Below the pieces are notes generated by a model. That model was not told the origin of the DNA, ran no database searches, and saw only the letters and a program-made list of their open reading frames with translations. The position numbers were made by a program, and so were the translations under genes. A stretch of 64,000 nt of DNA, from NCBI GenBank assembly GCA_029855935.1, contig JAGSHN010000005.1:128001-192000 (forward strand), read 5' to 3'. Position 1 is the first letter of the stretch. The number at the start of each line of letters is the position of its first letter. Shown piece after piece: positions 19,484-28,664 of this stretch. The stretch is from Candidatus Thorarchaeota archaeon. GTDB lineage: Archaea > Asgardarchaeota > Thorarchaeia > Thorarchaeales > Thorarchaeaceae.

Positions 19484-20204
19484 GTGGAAACCTCTGTATT
19501 TGCGGATAGTAGATATGCTTGGTCTCGATGTCGAAGCGGACAGGCGTGCCACTGCCATGTTGGATCGCCTGCTCGCTAGCCGTGACGTAGATGATCTCGT
19601 GCAGAAACTCAGACGGACAATATATGATACGGAGGTCATAGTGTGTGGAGCTGCCCCCTCACTTGACGCCCATCTCAGGATGATCAAGGAACAGCATTTC
19701 GCGGACGGGCGGGTGGTCATTGCAGCAGATGGGGCACTGGAGGCGCTGATAGGTGAGGAAGTCCATTGTGATATAGTCGTCACAGACCTTGATGGTGATC
19801 GGGGAGGGCTGATTCCCTCTACAAGACAGGGCACCCTTGCGGTAGTCCATGCACACGGAGACAACATCCCGCTCATACGAAGCGTTGTGCCGAGAGCATC
19901 TAATATCATTGGTAGTACCCAGGTTGAGCCGACTGAACATGTACATCTTTGGGGCGGTTTCACCGATGGGGACAGAGCATGCTATCTAGCGGCCCACTAC
20001 AGCCCACGCAAGATAATCCTAGCAGGCATGGACTTTGGGAGCATAGTTGGGAGATGGTCCAAGCCCGCGTGTGAGTCAGCGTCCCCAGCGAGCAGACAAA
20101 AGCGTCTCAAGATGTCGATTGGGAGGTGGCTTCTCTCTACGATAGAGAAACGGTTTCACGTCCCTCTGACGTATGTTGACAATGAAACTGTGTTTCAGCG
20201 CTGA
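19470..20204 (+). CDS. mptE: 6-hydroxymethyl-7,8-dihydropterin pyrophosphokinase MptE (DUF115)
   Basis: AADGA, VTDLDG, VHAHGDN, GGFTDGDRA, GMDFG; overlaps folP stop. Confidence 0.88.
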   Translation: MDWAEWKPLYLRIVDMLGLDVEADRRATAMLDRLLASRDVDDLVQKLRRTIYDTEVIVCGAAPSLDAHLRMIKEQHFADGRVVIAADGALEALIGEEVHCDIVVTDLDGDRGGLIPSTRQGTLAVVHAHGDNIPLIRSVVPRASNIIGSTQVEPTEHVHLWGGFTDGDRACYLAAHYSPRKIILAGMDFGSIVGRWSKPACESASPASRQKRLKMSIGRWLLSTIEKRFHVPLTYVDNETVFQR

Positions 20205-20620
20205 GGTGGCAACTTGAGGCCGAAGAGATACGTCATTATGAGGTACGCAGCACCAGCGAGGATAGCACCAAGTATTAGGAGACGAGTCGCGTAACCCGGC
20301 TGAAACACGTACTTCGAGGAGTAGTATATGAGGCCCAAGCCCAATGTCCCTATGAAAATAACCACCGACGCCACAAGGCCCTCCATTCCTAGCTGTACGT
20401 CAATTCCTCTCACAACAAGAATGGGCTCGCCATTGGGGCCACCAGCAATGGGCGGAGGAGTCTTCACCAGCGTGTAGATGTTTCCGCCGAGAACGAAGAG
20501 TATGGCAATGAACATGATTCCAAAGACCACTATGTCAGGAGGCCGTGTCGGCGTACTGAATCTCGGACGAGCTAGACGCATCCGAGGTCGAACTATGAAC
20601 TTGGGCCACCACATCTTCAC
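20195..20620 (-). CDS. OSTC/DC2-like (OST3/OST6 family) 3-TM membrane protein
   Basis: GGNIYTLVKTPP, QLGMEGLVAS and terminal KLP resemble human DC2 as recalled. Confidence 0.75.
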   Translation of the reverse strand: MKMWWPKFIVRPRMRLARPRFSTPTRPPDIVVFGIMFIAILFVLGGNIYTLVKTPPPIAGGPNGEPILVVRGIDVQLGMEGLVASVVIFIGTLGLGLIYYSSKYVFQPGYATRLLILGAILAGAAYLIMTYLFGLKLPPQR

Positions 20621-20801
20621 TTGGCAAACCTCAGGCTGCGAAATAGCGGTCGGCTTTTAAGAATATCGCGAGATGAGAAATCGCACTAGGGCAGGTCATG
20701 GCCAGATCACTCACCAGTGACACAATCACTTCGATAGTCCTTCAAGATACCTTCAACCACCACTCGCAACTATGGCCTCGTCATAACCAGGGGAGAGAAA
20801 G

Positions 20802-22928
20802 ATGGCGAAAGTCCTGATAATCTCAGAGAAGCCGGCTGCAGCCGAGAAAATAGCGTTGGCATTGGATGAGAAGCATGAACCAAAGGTCATCAAGGCCAGA
20901 GGAGCATCATACTATGAATGCGAGAGAAACAACGACACGCTCTTTGTTGTCTATGCACTTGGGCACCTGTACGAACTCAAGCAGACACAGAAGGGATGGA
21001 CGTATCCACGGTTCGAAACCAAATGGGTCCCAAAGTACGAGGTAGAAAAGAAGGCCACGAACGTCAAACCTGTCATCAGTCTCATCCGGAAACTGTCCAA
21101 GGAGTCTGATGCCTTTGTCGTTGCAACGGACTATGACATAGAGGGAAGTCTCATCGGATATCTCGCACTCAAGTACGCGTGCGGAGTCGACCTTCAGAGG
21201 GCAAGAAGAATGCGCTTCTCCACGCTCACCGTGGGAGAACTGGAGAGAGCCTATGTCAACGCTCTGCCCAGCCTAGACTTCCCGCTTGTACGTGCAGGCT
21301 GTCTGAGGCACAAGGTTGACTGGCTATACGGGATCAACCTAACTCGGGCACTGACACTATCAATCAAGAGAGCAGCAGGCTGGTTCAAGATTGTTTCGAC
21401 TGGGAGGGTGCAGGGCCCGACGCTGGCGCTTGTGGCTGAACGGGAGAAGCAGATCAATAGCTTTGTTCCCACCCCCTACTGGGTCATAGTCGGCAGAGTG
21501 AGAGTCAATGACAAGACCATCGACATAGATTATAGACGGCAGCGCATCCAGACGCGAATGGAGGCTCAATCTGTCGTCAATGCGCTTCAAGGCAAGCAAC
21601 TTACCGTGACGCAAGTAGAAAGCAAGAGAAGGAAGCTCGGCCCACCAGTACCGTTCAATCTCAGCGGACTCCAGAGCGAGGCATACAGGCACTTTGGCTT
21701 CAGGCCAAGTCGTACACTGGCGATAGCGCAGAAACTGTATCTTGATGCCCTCATCTCATATCCCCGGACATCGAGCCAGCAGATTCCCGACAGTATAGAT
21801 ACTCGCAGTATATTGCGGCAACTGGGTGAACAGAAGAAGTATGCAAGAATCGTCGAAGAAGTGCTGCAAAGCGGAAGGGAGAGGCCAGTACAAGGGAAGA
21901 AGACGGATCCTGCACATCCTGCCATCCATCCTACAGGCAATGCACCAACAAGGAAATTGACACCAAGCGAGAGGAAGCTGTACGATCTGGTCGTCCGCAG
22001 GTTCGTTGCACTGTTCGGGAAGGATGCCCTGAGGGAGAGCGTGAGGGTGACTCTGAAGCACGATGAGCACATCTTCTACATCAGGGGACGACGCATATTG
22101 GAGCGTGGCTGGATAGAATACTACGAACCATACGTTGAGATGGGCGAACGGGAGGTCCCGGCACTTGCAGAGGGCGATGTCTTGAAGATTGCGGAGGTAG
22201 TAGCCGAGGAGAAGACAACGACGCCCCCGCCGCGGTACAATCCTTCCAGTCTTTTGAAGGAACTTGAGAAGCAGGGCCTTGGTACGAAGGCCACGCGCGC
22301 CTCCATTGTCGACTCGCTAAAATCACGAGGCTACACTCTGAACGACAAGTTTGAGCTGTCGGCACTTGGCTACGCGGCATTTGAAACACTCGAACGTCAC
22401 GTTCCCGAGATCCTCTCGGCTGAGTTCACACGGAGGTTGGAGCGGCATATGGAGGAGGTACAACTGGGGAAACGCACAATGGAGGAGGTTCTCAATGAGG
22501 CGGAGGCGACCCTTGGAAGAATCCTCGAACAGTTCAAGGAGAGAGAGGAGGCCATAGGCGAAGAGCTGGTTGCGGGACTCAGAGGCTATTGGAGAGAGAG
22601 GGAGGAGATTGGGCTGTGTCCGAAATGTGGTGAAGGAACCTTGGTCATCATACGCTCCCCAAAGACCGGAAAACGGTTTATCGGATGCTCAAGATACAAA
22701 GAGGGTGGCTGTGATGCGACATTCCCGCTACCTCAGAAGGGGACCATCACCCCCTTGAAGAAGAAATGCGAATACTGTGGGTATCAGATGATTAGGATCT
22801 CGCGAGGAAAGAGGGGGTGGGAAACCTGCATCAATTGGGCCCAGTGTCCGGGACGCCAAGATCAGCTCAAGCGGCTGAGAGAGCGACAACGTCAGGAGGA
22901 AACAAAGGAGGGCGACAATAGTGAGTGA
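20802..22928 (+). CDS. topA: DNA topoisomerase I (type IA) with C-terminal Zn ribbons
   Basis: ISEKP, ATDYDIEG, STGRVQGP, ISYPRT, GLGTKATR. Confidence 0.95.
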   Translation: MAKVLIISEKPAAAEKIALALDEKHEPKVIKARGASYYECERNNDTLFVVYALGHLYELKQTQKGWTYPRFETKWVPKYEVEKKATNVKPVISLIRKLSKESDAFVVATDYDIEGSLIGYLALKYACGVDLQRARRMRFSTLTVGELERAYVNALPSLDFPLVRAGCLRHKVDWLYGINLTRALTLSIKRAAGWFKIVSTGRVQGPTLALVAEREKQINSFVPTPYWVIVGRVRVNDKTIDIDYRRQRIQTRMEAQSVVNALQGKQLTVTQVESKRRKLGPPVPFNLSGLQSEAYRHFGFRPSRTLAIAQKLYLDALISYPRTSSQQIPDSIDTRSILRQLGEQKKYARIVEEVLQSGRERPVQGKKTDPAHPAIHPTGNAPTRKLTPSERKLYDLVVRRFVALFGKDALRESVRVTLKHDEHIFYIRGRRILERGWIEYYEPYVEMGEREVPALAEGDVLKIAEVVAEEKTTTPPPRYNPSSLLKELEKQGLGTKATRASIVDSLKSRGYTLNDKFELSALGYAAFETLERHVPEILSAEFTRRLERHMEEVQLGKRTMEEVLNEAEATLGRILEQFKEREEAIGEELVAGLRGYWREREEIGLCPKCGEGTLVIIRSPKTGKRFIGCSRYKEGGCDATFPLPQKGTITPLKKKCEYCGYQMIRISRGKRGWETCINWAQCPGRQDQLKRLRERQRQEETKEGDNSE

Positions 22929-23151
22929 GTGTAGAATCTGTGGGAGGGAGCCGGTAGATGGCAGGTACTGTAGATATCATAGGGTCGCATTCGACAATCT
23001 AAGAGAGAAATATGCGGTGTGGAAAGAGGCGGCGGGTGTGTCGTGGGACGACTACCTAGAGCGATTGAGGCAGAACCCGGAAACGGGCCGATGGGTCTTA
23101 GAACTCATCGAGGATCTGATGACAGAAGATGATCCTTCAGTGACTGCATAA
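22921..23151 (+). CDS. Small hypothetical protein with CxxC..CxxH, coupled to topA
   Basis: 76-aa ORF overlapping topA stop, GGAGG upstream. Confidence 0.65.
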   Translation: MSECRICGREPVDGRYCRYHRVAFDNLREKYAVWKEAAGVSWDDYLERLRQNPETGRWVLELIEDLMTEDDPSVTA

Positions 23152-23461
23152 GACTTGGCAATATGTCCCGACCAAGTCGGTCAACCGACACGATGGCAAG
23201 ACATGGGCGGCCAGTCCATCGAGACACCTGTTCCGCTATCACTCGAACAATCATCTGTTCTGCGTCAACACCGAAAAGCGGTGTGGAGAGCGGGCCCTCC
23301 ATACCCGATGCTCCAGGAAATGCCAGTGCAATTGGGCCGATACGGAACCCCTCTGTGGAAGACAATAGCAGCACGATAGAGTCTGCGAGATGAAGCGCTC
23401 GCCCATATACCCTTCCAGCTTGCGTTTCAATCACAAAGTCAGACAGTTCGGTGGATGCCAT
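23105..23461 (-). CDS. Proteasome assembly chaperone 4 (PAC4/PSMG4)-like protein
   Basis: LADSIVLLL, IALAFP, PLSTPLFG, IAEQVSRWTGRPCL pattern matches PAC4 as recalled. Confidence 0.65.
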   Translation of the reverse strand: MASTELSDFVIETQAGRVYGRALHLADSIVLLLSSTEGFRIGPIALAFPGASGMEGPLSTPLFGVDAEQMIVRVIAEQVSRWTGRPCLAIVSVDRLGRDILPSLMQSLKDHLLSSDPR

Positions 23462-23567
23462 AGGTTCTATGACCTCATTCCCAATAGTCATGCGTCAATC
23501 TCGACGCCCTACCAACTGTGAGACAATAGCATTATCAAGATGTTGCATGCCTATCCACGAGAGCCGA

Positions 23568-25496
23568 ATGACAGAGAACTACTCGTACAGGGACTTCTTT
23601 CCATATTCGTCAGCCCGAGAGGGGCAGATAGAGATGATGGAAACCATAGAGGAGTGCGTACGGACGGCTCGTCACGTGTGTGCAGAGGCGCCCAATGGAT
23701 TCGGCAAGACCTGTGTGACCCTCGCGGGTGTGCTTCCGTGGGTCAAGGAGAACGAGGGGAAGGTGCTCTATTGCGCAAGAACTCACAAGCAGCTCGACCG
23801 AGTGATGGAGGAGCTCGCAGAGATAGCAACCAAGACCGGCGCGTCGGGGGTTTCTTTCAGAGGACGCCAACATATGTGCATCAACGACTTTGTCACAGAG
23901 AACGCGGGGACTGTGGCACCGCTCAGTGAGGTGTGCGGCCACCTGAAGGCTGAGAGAAGGTGTCCCTACTATGAAAATCTCAGGCCATATCGCGGGACTG
24001 GCGACTTGCTGGCCGACTTTGACAAATCGGTCCTGACAGCGACCGAGATAGTGCAGTTCGGTCGCGAGGAGGAACTTTGTCCCTACGAACTCGCAAAGCT
24101 CCTTGCCAAAGAGGTTGATGTCGTGGCCCTCTCCTATCTGTATGTCTTCGATCCACATATCCTAGAGCGTTTTGCTCCCGAGCTGGAGATTCCACTGTCC
24201 AAGGTGGTGCTCGTGGAAGATGAGGCACACAATGTCCCGCACACTGCTCTTGATTCGGCCAGTGATGCGCTCACGCTCCGAACCATCCGACAGGCAATCA
24301 ATGAGGGGGGCACTTACAATGACGATTCATCAAAGAGGTTCTGCCGTGGACTCGCGCGTGTCCTGCTCGATTTGTCATCTGACATGAGCGACAATTCCGA
24401 GATGGTCATTCAACCAGATGATGTGATGGGACGGGTCAAGAGAGAAGCTGACCTGAGAGACTTGACCGAAGTCCTTGTCCACATGGTGGAGCTTGGACTG
24501 AGCATAAAGAGAGGGCTTGTCCGAGTCGGCAAGTATCCTGTGTCAGCCATTCATAGAGTGGCGGAGTTCACGATACGGTTCAGGCAGGTATCCAGCCGTG
24601 AAGACTTTGCCTTTCTTGTATCGTCAAGTATCACCCCCCGTGGGTCAAAACGTGTAGCCCTCGAGATTGTGGCTCTGGACCCCACCTCGGTCACAGCGCC
24701 AATCGTGAGAAGAGTTCATTCTGTGGTCGCGGTATCAGGAACCATGTCGCCACTCTGGGCCTACGCGGAGATGATGGGTCTCAACGCTGATACTAGGACG
24801 TTTGCGGTGAGGAATCCCTTCTCGAGGACGAGCCGGATTGCCCTTGTTGTCGACGGCTTGGATACGTCCTATGCAGAGAGAACCCGAGCACTGTTTGAGA
24901 GGATGGTCAATCATTGTGTTGCAGTGGCGCACTCCACACCCGGAAACACAGGAATCTTCACTACAAGCTACAAGGTGCTCCGAGAGCTATTGGCAGCAGG
25001 CCTAGGTAAGCGGCTGAAGAAGAAACTGTATGTTGAGAAACAGGGTGCCAAGAATACAGAGAATGATCGGCTCGTGGAACAGTTCAGGGAGAGCAGTACA
25101 CAGGGAGGAGCTGTTCTGCTGGGGGTGCAGGGTGGACGTAACTCTGAGGGCGGCGATTTCCCGGGCGACACGATGAACAGTGTCGTTGTGGTTGGAGTGC
25201 CCTACGCGCGTCCGACACCAAGAATTGGGGCGCTGATAGAATACTATGATGCTCGTTTCAATGGTCGGGGCAGAGACTACGCATATGTTCTCCCAGCGAT
25301 GACAAGGGCGATCCAAGCAGCAGGACGACCAGTGAGGAGACTAGAAGATAGGGGTGCCATAGTATTTTTGGACCAGAGATTTGCAACACCGTACCTGCGT
25401 CGCTTCCTGCCAGCGTGGCTCTCGGAGGTCCTTGAGGTCGTCCCAGACGATCCGTCGACCGTTGCGGAGCGGGTTCATTCATTCTTTGCCGGATGA
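23568..25496 (+). CDS. xpd: XPD/Rad3-family Fe-S DNA helicase
   Basis: APNGFGKT, four Fe-S Cys ending in CPYE, DEAH, SGT, SEGGDF, QAAGRPVR. Confidence 0.9.
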   Translation: MTENYSYRDFFPYSSAREGQIEMMETIEECVRTARHVCAEAPNGFGKTCVTLAGVLPWVKENEGKVLYCARTHKQLDRVMEELAEIATKTGASGVSFRGRQHMCINDFVTENAGTVAPLSEVCGHLKAERRCPYYENLRPYRGTGDLLADFDKSVLTATEIVQFGREEELCPYELAKLLAKEVDVVALSYLYVFDPHILERFAPELEIPLSKVVLVEDEAHNVPHTALDSASDALTLRTIRQAINEGGTYNDDSSKRFCRGLARVLLDLSSDMSDNSEMVIQPDDVMGRVKREADLRDLTEVLVHMVELGLSIKRGLVRVGKYPVSAIHRVAEFTIRFRQVSSREDFAFLVSSSITPRGSKRVALEIVALDPTSVTAPIVRRVHSVVAVSGTMSPLWAYAEMMGLNADTRTFAVRNPFSRTSRIALVVDGLDTSYAERTRALFERMVNHCVAVAHSTPGNTGIFTTSYKVLRELLAAGLGKRLKKKLYVEKQGAKNTENDRLVEQFRESSTQGGAVLLGVQGGRNSEGGDFPGDTMNSVVVVGVPYARPTPRIGALIEYYDARFNGRGRDYAYVLPAMTRAIQAAGRPVRRLEDRGAIVFLDQRFATPYLRRFLPAWLSEVLEVVPDDPSTVAERVHSFFAG

Positions 25497-26246
25497 TCTC
25501 CCGCGCGTAAGTACGAGCAGAGACGTTTCACCAGCAATCACCCGTTTCGCATCACGTGGCGAGAGACCATTGGACCCCGTCAGTTTCGTGAAGAGCTTCT
25601 GGAGTAGCCGTACATATACATCTCGCTCCTCAAGAATCATGTCAGCATCTGTAACAGGAACTCCGCCACGCAGCGCGATTAGGCGGGCCGAGGAACAATC
25701 ATCAGCACCATTCACTGTGGTATTCCGCTCATCGGTCAGCTCGACTGGCGACTCGTTGTCTATCATCTTGAGACTACGGAGATACAGCGCCCCGAAGAGT
25801 CTGGAGCCATTACCCACGCGAATGACAATGCTACAGTATGGAAATCGCTTCCTGATGGCAGAAGTCCAGAGGGCGGTCTTCCTTGCGGCATCACCTGGCG
25901 ATAGAGCAAGTGAAGACAGGATGTGTGCACCATCAATCAGGAGAGCCAGGCCAAATCGCATACCGGGATCAATACCAATGGTTGCTGTGTTCGGCCGTTC
26001 GATTCCCCGTAAGAGGGTCAGAGCCGCAATCAATGCATCCTCGATACTGTCAGTTGACTCTATGCCGACCAGATGTGGAATCGTCCCCGAGGCGTCGTCT
26101 GTCAGTACAGACCGAGCGACCCCGCAGATGGGATCGTTTGGATTGCGGACAACAAAGTCCACTCTCAAGTCTTTGAGTCGTTGAATCACAAGAAAGCGTA
26201 GACGTGAGTCATTGATAGCGACAACTATGGTATCGTGCAGCCCCAT
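25479..26246 (-). CDS. Hypothetical protein with RNase H-like (YqgF/RuvC-like) motif
   Basis: IGIDPG, RVGNG, DERNTT; start uncertain. Confidence 0.6.
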   Translation of the reverse strand: MGLHDTIVVAINDSRLRFLVIQRLKDLRVDFVVRNPNDPICGVARSVLTDDASGTIPHLVGIESTDSIEDALIAALTLLRGIERPNTATIGIDPGMRFGLALLIDGAHILSSLALSPGDAARKTALWTSAIRKRFPYCSIVIRVGNGSRLFGALYLRSLKMIDNESPVELTDERNTTVNGADDCSSARLIALRGGVPVTDADMILEERDVYVRLLQKLFTKLTGSNGLSPRDAKRVIAGETSLLVLTRGRSSGKE

Positions 26247-26306
26247 ATTATCGACAGTCATGGAGCAGTTATCCTTATCACTTCTGCGCAATAGGGCAGA
26301 ATAGTG

Positions 26307-27014
26307 ATGACAGAGAGTAGTGTCCTCAGCTCGGGACTGGGCTGTATAGACAGACTTCTGGAGGGAGGTCTGAGGGGTGGACAACTGATTCATATCTATG
26401 GAGAGGCTGCATCTGGAAAGAGCACACTTGCCTATGTCTTCATCAGGGCCGCGTACAGGATGGGCGGTGCGTCTGTCTTGCTGAACTGTGAAACCAGTTC
26501 GCCCGTCGAGCGGCTGGAGCAGGTCCTTGAACGACGAATAAGAGATGTACAGGACCACTTGCGTATCTTTGTGCCAAAGACCTTCGAGGAGCAGGCGGAG
26601 CTCATAGATGATCTCGACCTTTATCTGCCGGAAAATACTATGCTAGTAGTTGTTGACACACTGACCCGGCTGTATAGGGCTAGCCTAGAGGACAAGGAGA
26701 GCAATTATCGGATTCACAGAGAGCTGAACAGACAGATGGGAATATTGAAGGGCATTGCGACACAGCGTGGCCTTCCCGTGTTGGTGCTCAATCAGGTCAG
26801 AGCAGCTCTCAATGGTGATGAGAGCCGATTCGAGCCTGTTGCAAAGAGCATAATGGCATATTGGGCCGATGTCGTCATTCGAATGGAAGTTGGGAACCTG
26901 CGAGGTGAGAGGATTGTGTCCCGTACGGACCGCAAAGGCAAGCGTTCCGTCTGCCGGTTGGTATTGACTCAAGACGGGCTCGTTACAGCAGGCTCATCAT
27001 ATGAGAAAGAGTGA
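26307..27014 (+). CDS. RadB-like RecA/Rad51 paralogue
   Basis: LDRLLEGG-like, GEAASGKS, VVVDT, LNQV; lacks RadA N-terminal domain. Confidence 0.8.
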   Translation: MTESSVLSSGLGCIDRLLEGGLRGGQLIHIYGEAASGKSTLAYVFIRAAYRMGGASVLLNCETSSPVERLEQVLERRIRDVQDHLRIFVPKTFEEQAELIDDLDLYLPENTMLVVVDTLTRLYRASLEDKESNYRIHRELNRQMGILKGIATQRGLPVLVLNQVRAALNGDESRFEPVAKSIMAYWADVVIRMEVGNLRGERIVSRTDRKGKRSVCRLVLTQDGLVTAGSSYEKE

Positions 27015-27048
27015 TATAACCAACAAAGAAGCACGACAAGAATGTCAG

Positions 27049-27609
27049 ATGTACGAAGAGATTGCCGTCGTCGAGATCGCATTGTGGTTGGGACTCCCAG
27101 CATGGATTGCCAATGCAGTTCCAGTAATCTTAGGGGGAGGACGACCAATCGATGGCGGACGTCGCTTTAGGGATGGACGAAGAATACTCGGTGATGGCAA
27201 GACCATCAGGGGATTCGTTTCTGGTGTCGTACTGGGAACTGCCACTGGCATTGTTCAGGGCATAGTAGCCCCTTGGATACCCGCGCTCTTGGATAGGTTT
27301 ATTGTGGTGACCAATGACATGATTGAGGTCATCTACATCAGGCCCGATACGGCATTCTTGCTGTCTTTTGGGGCCTTGGTCGGGGACCTAGTGGGCTCGT
27401 TCATCAAACGGCGTGTAGGGCTCAGAAGCGGTGGACCAGCGCCAGTATTGGATCAGCTCGGATTTATTGTCATGGCATTGATAATGGCGGCACCTGTAAT
27501 TCAGCCAGCGTATCAGTACGTGAGCGTGCTGGTTATTCTGACGCTCATTGTTCACTATCTTAGCAACGTGGGAGGATATCTGCTGGGCTACAAGAGGCAC
27601 CCCTGGTAG
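27049..27609 (+). CDS. carS: CDP-archaeol synthase
   Basis: PAWIANAVP, PIDGG, LGDGKTIRG, GDLVGSFIKRR, LDQL, KRHPW. Confidence 0.93.
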   Translation: MYEEIAVVEIALWLGLPAWIANAVPVILGGGRPIDGGRRFRDGRRILGDGKTIRGFVSGVVLGTATGIVQGIVAPWIPALLDRFIVVTNDMIEVIYIRPDTAFLLSFGALVGDLVGSFIKRRVGLRSGGPAPVLDQLGFIVMALIMAAPVIQPAYQYVSVLVILTLIVHYLSNVGGYLLGYKRHPW

Positions 27610-27812
27610 TTAGAGGGCGAAACGCCGTGGCAACAGAGTCGGATGCCGAGGATGTGCCACAGCACTGTTGCGCCTGATCCTATTGAGGGGACCCACATCA
27701 GTGTAAACGTTATATTAAAAAGTACGTACGCGGGGCTATCCTCAAGTGCTCGGAGAGGTGATTCTCCGCACGCACAGTACAACCAATTCTTGATACCGGA
27801 GTCGTTTGAACA

Positions 27813-28664
27813 ATGAAGGTAGCAGACTTTATGCAGACGGACGTCGTTCATGTGCATGTCCCCGGGACTCGAGAGGACGTTCTGCAGCTGATGGCCGAGA
27901 AGCAGATTAACGGTCTTCCTGTGGTCAAGAAGGGGACGAAGAAACTCGTCGGGATTATCACCAGAACTGACCTCTTGCGGAAGGCCGACGAAGATCAGCT
28001 TGCTATGTTGATGGTACGTGACCCGCTGACAGTGACCCCGAGAACGACACTGAAGAAGGCTGCAGAACTCATGCTAAAGAGAGGCTATCGACGACTGCCG
28101 GTAGTTGAGGGAGAAGAACTGGTCGGGCTCATTTCGATACCGGACATTCTTGGTGCAATACTGGAGAATAATGAGGTGGCGCAGAATACTCCAATCCGGG
28201 AATTTGTCCGTAGGAGTATACTCAGTGTGTGGGAGAAGACCCCATTGCCTCTCGCATACATGATAATGGACATGGCCGGTCAGAACGCTCTTGTTGTGTT
28301 GAATGATCAGGGAGGGGTGACAGGCCTCATCACAGTGAGCGACTTCATCCGTATGTCGGAGGAAACCGTCGAGAACAACGTTTCCGCCACTTTCAGCGGA
28401 ACTGAGAATACAGTCGAGTGGGGCTGGACATCCAAGGAGTTTCTCATAGTGACGAAGAAGCTGCTGAGGCTGCCAGACGTGCCAGTGGAGAAGATTGTCA
28501 CAAGGGACATAATCAGCGTCACGGAAGTGACGACTGTGGCTGAATGTATCCGGACAATGCGGAAGAATGATATAGATCAGGCCCCGGTATTGTCAGCCTC
28601 AGGCAATCTGATTGGGATGATTGAGGACCGTGACCTGCTCAGCTTCGCAATCGAACAGATTTAG
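27813..28664 (+). CDS. CBS-domain protein (four CBS repeats)
   Basis: Repeated LPVV/GII..D CBS motifs. Confidence 0.88.
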   Translation: MKVADFMQTDVVHVHVPGTREDVLQLMAEKQINGLPVVKKGTKKLVGIITRTDLLRKADEDQLAMLMVRDPLTVTPRTTLKKAAELMLKRGYRRLPVVEGEELVGLISIPDILGAILENNEVAQNTPIREFVRRSILSVWEKTPLPLAYMIMDMAGQNALVVLNDQGGVTGLITVSDFIRMSEETVENNVSATFSGTENTVEWGWTSKEFLIVTKKLLRLPDVPVEKIVTRDIISVTEVTTVAECIRTMRKNDIDQAPVLSASGNLIGMIEDRDLLSFAIEQI

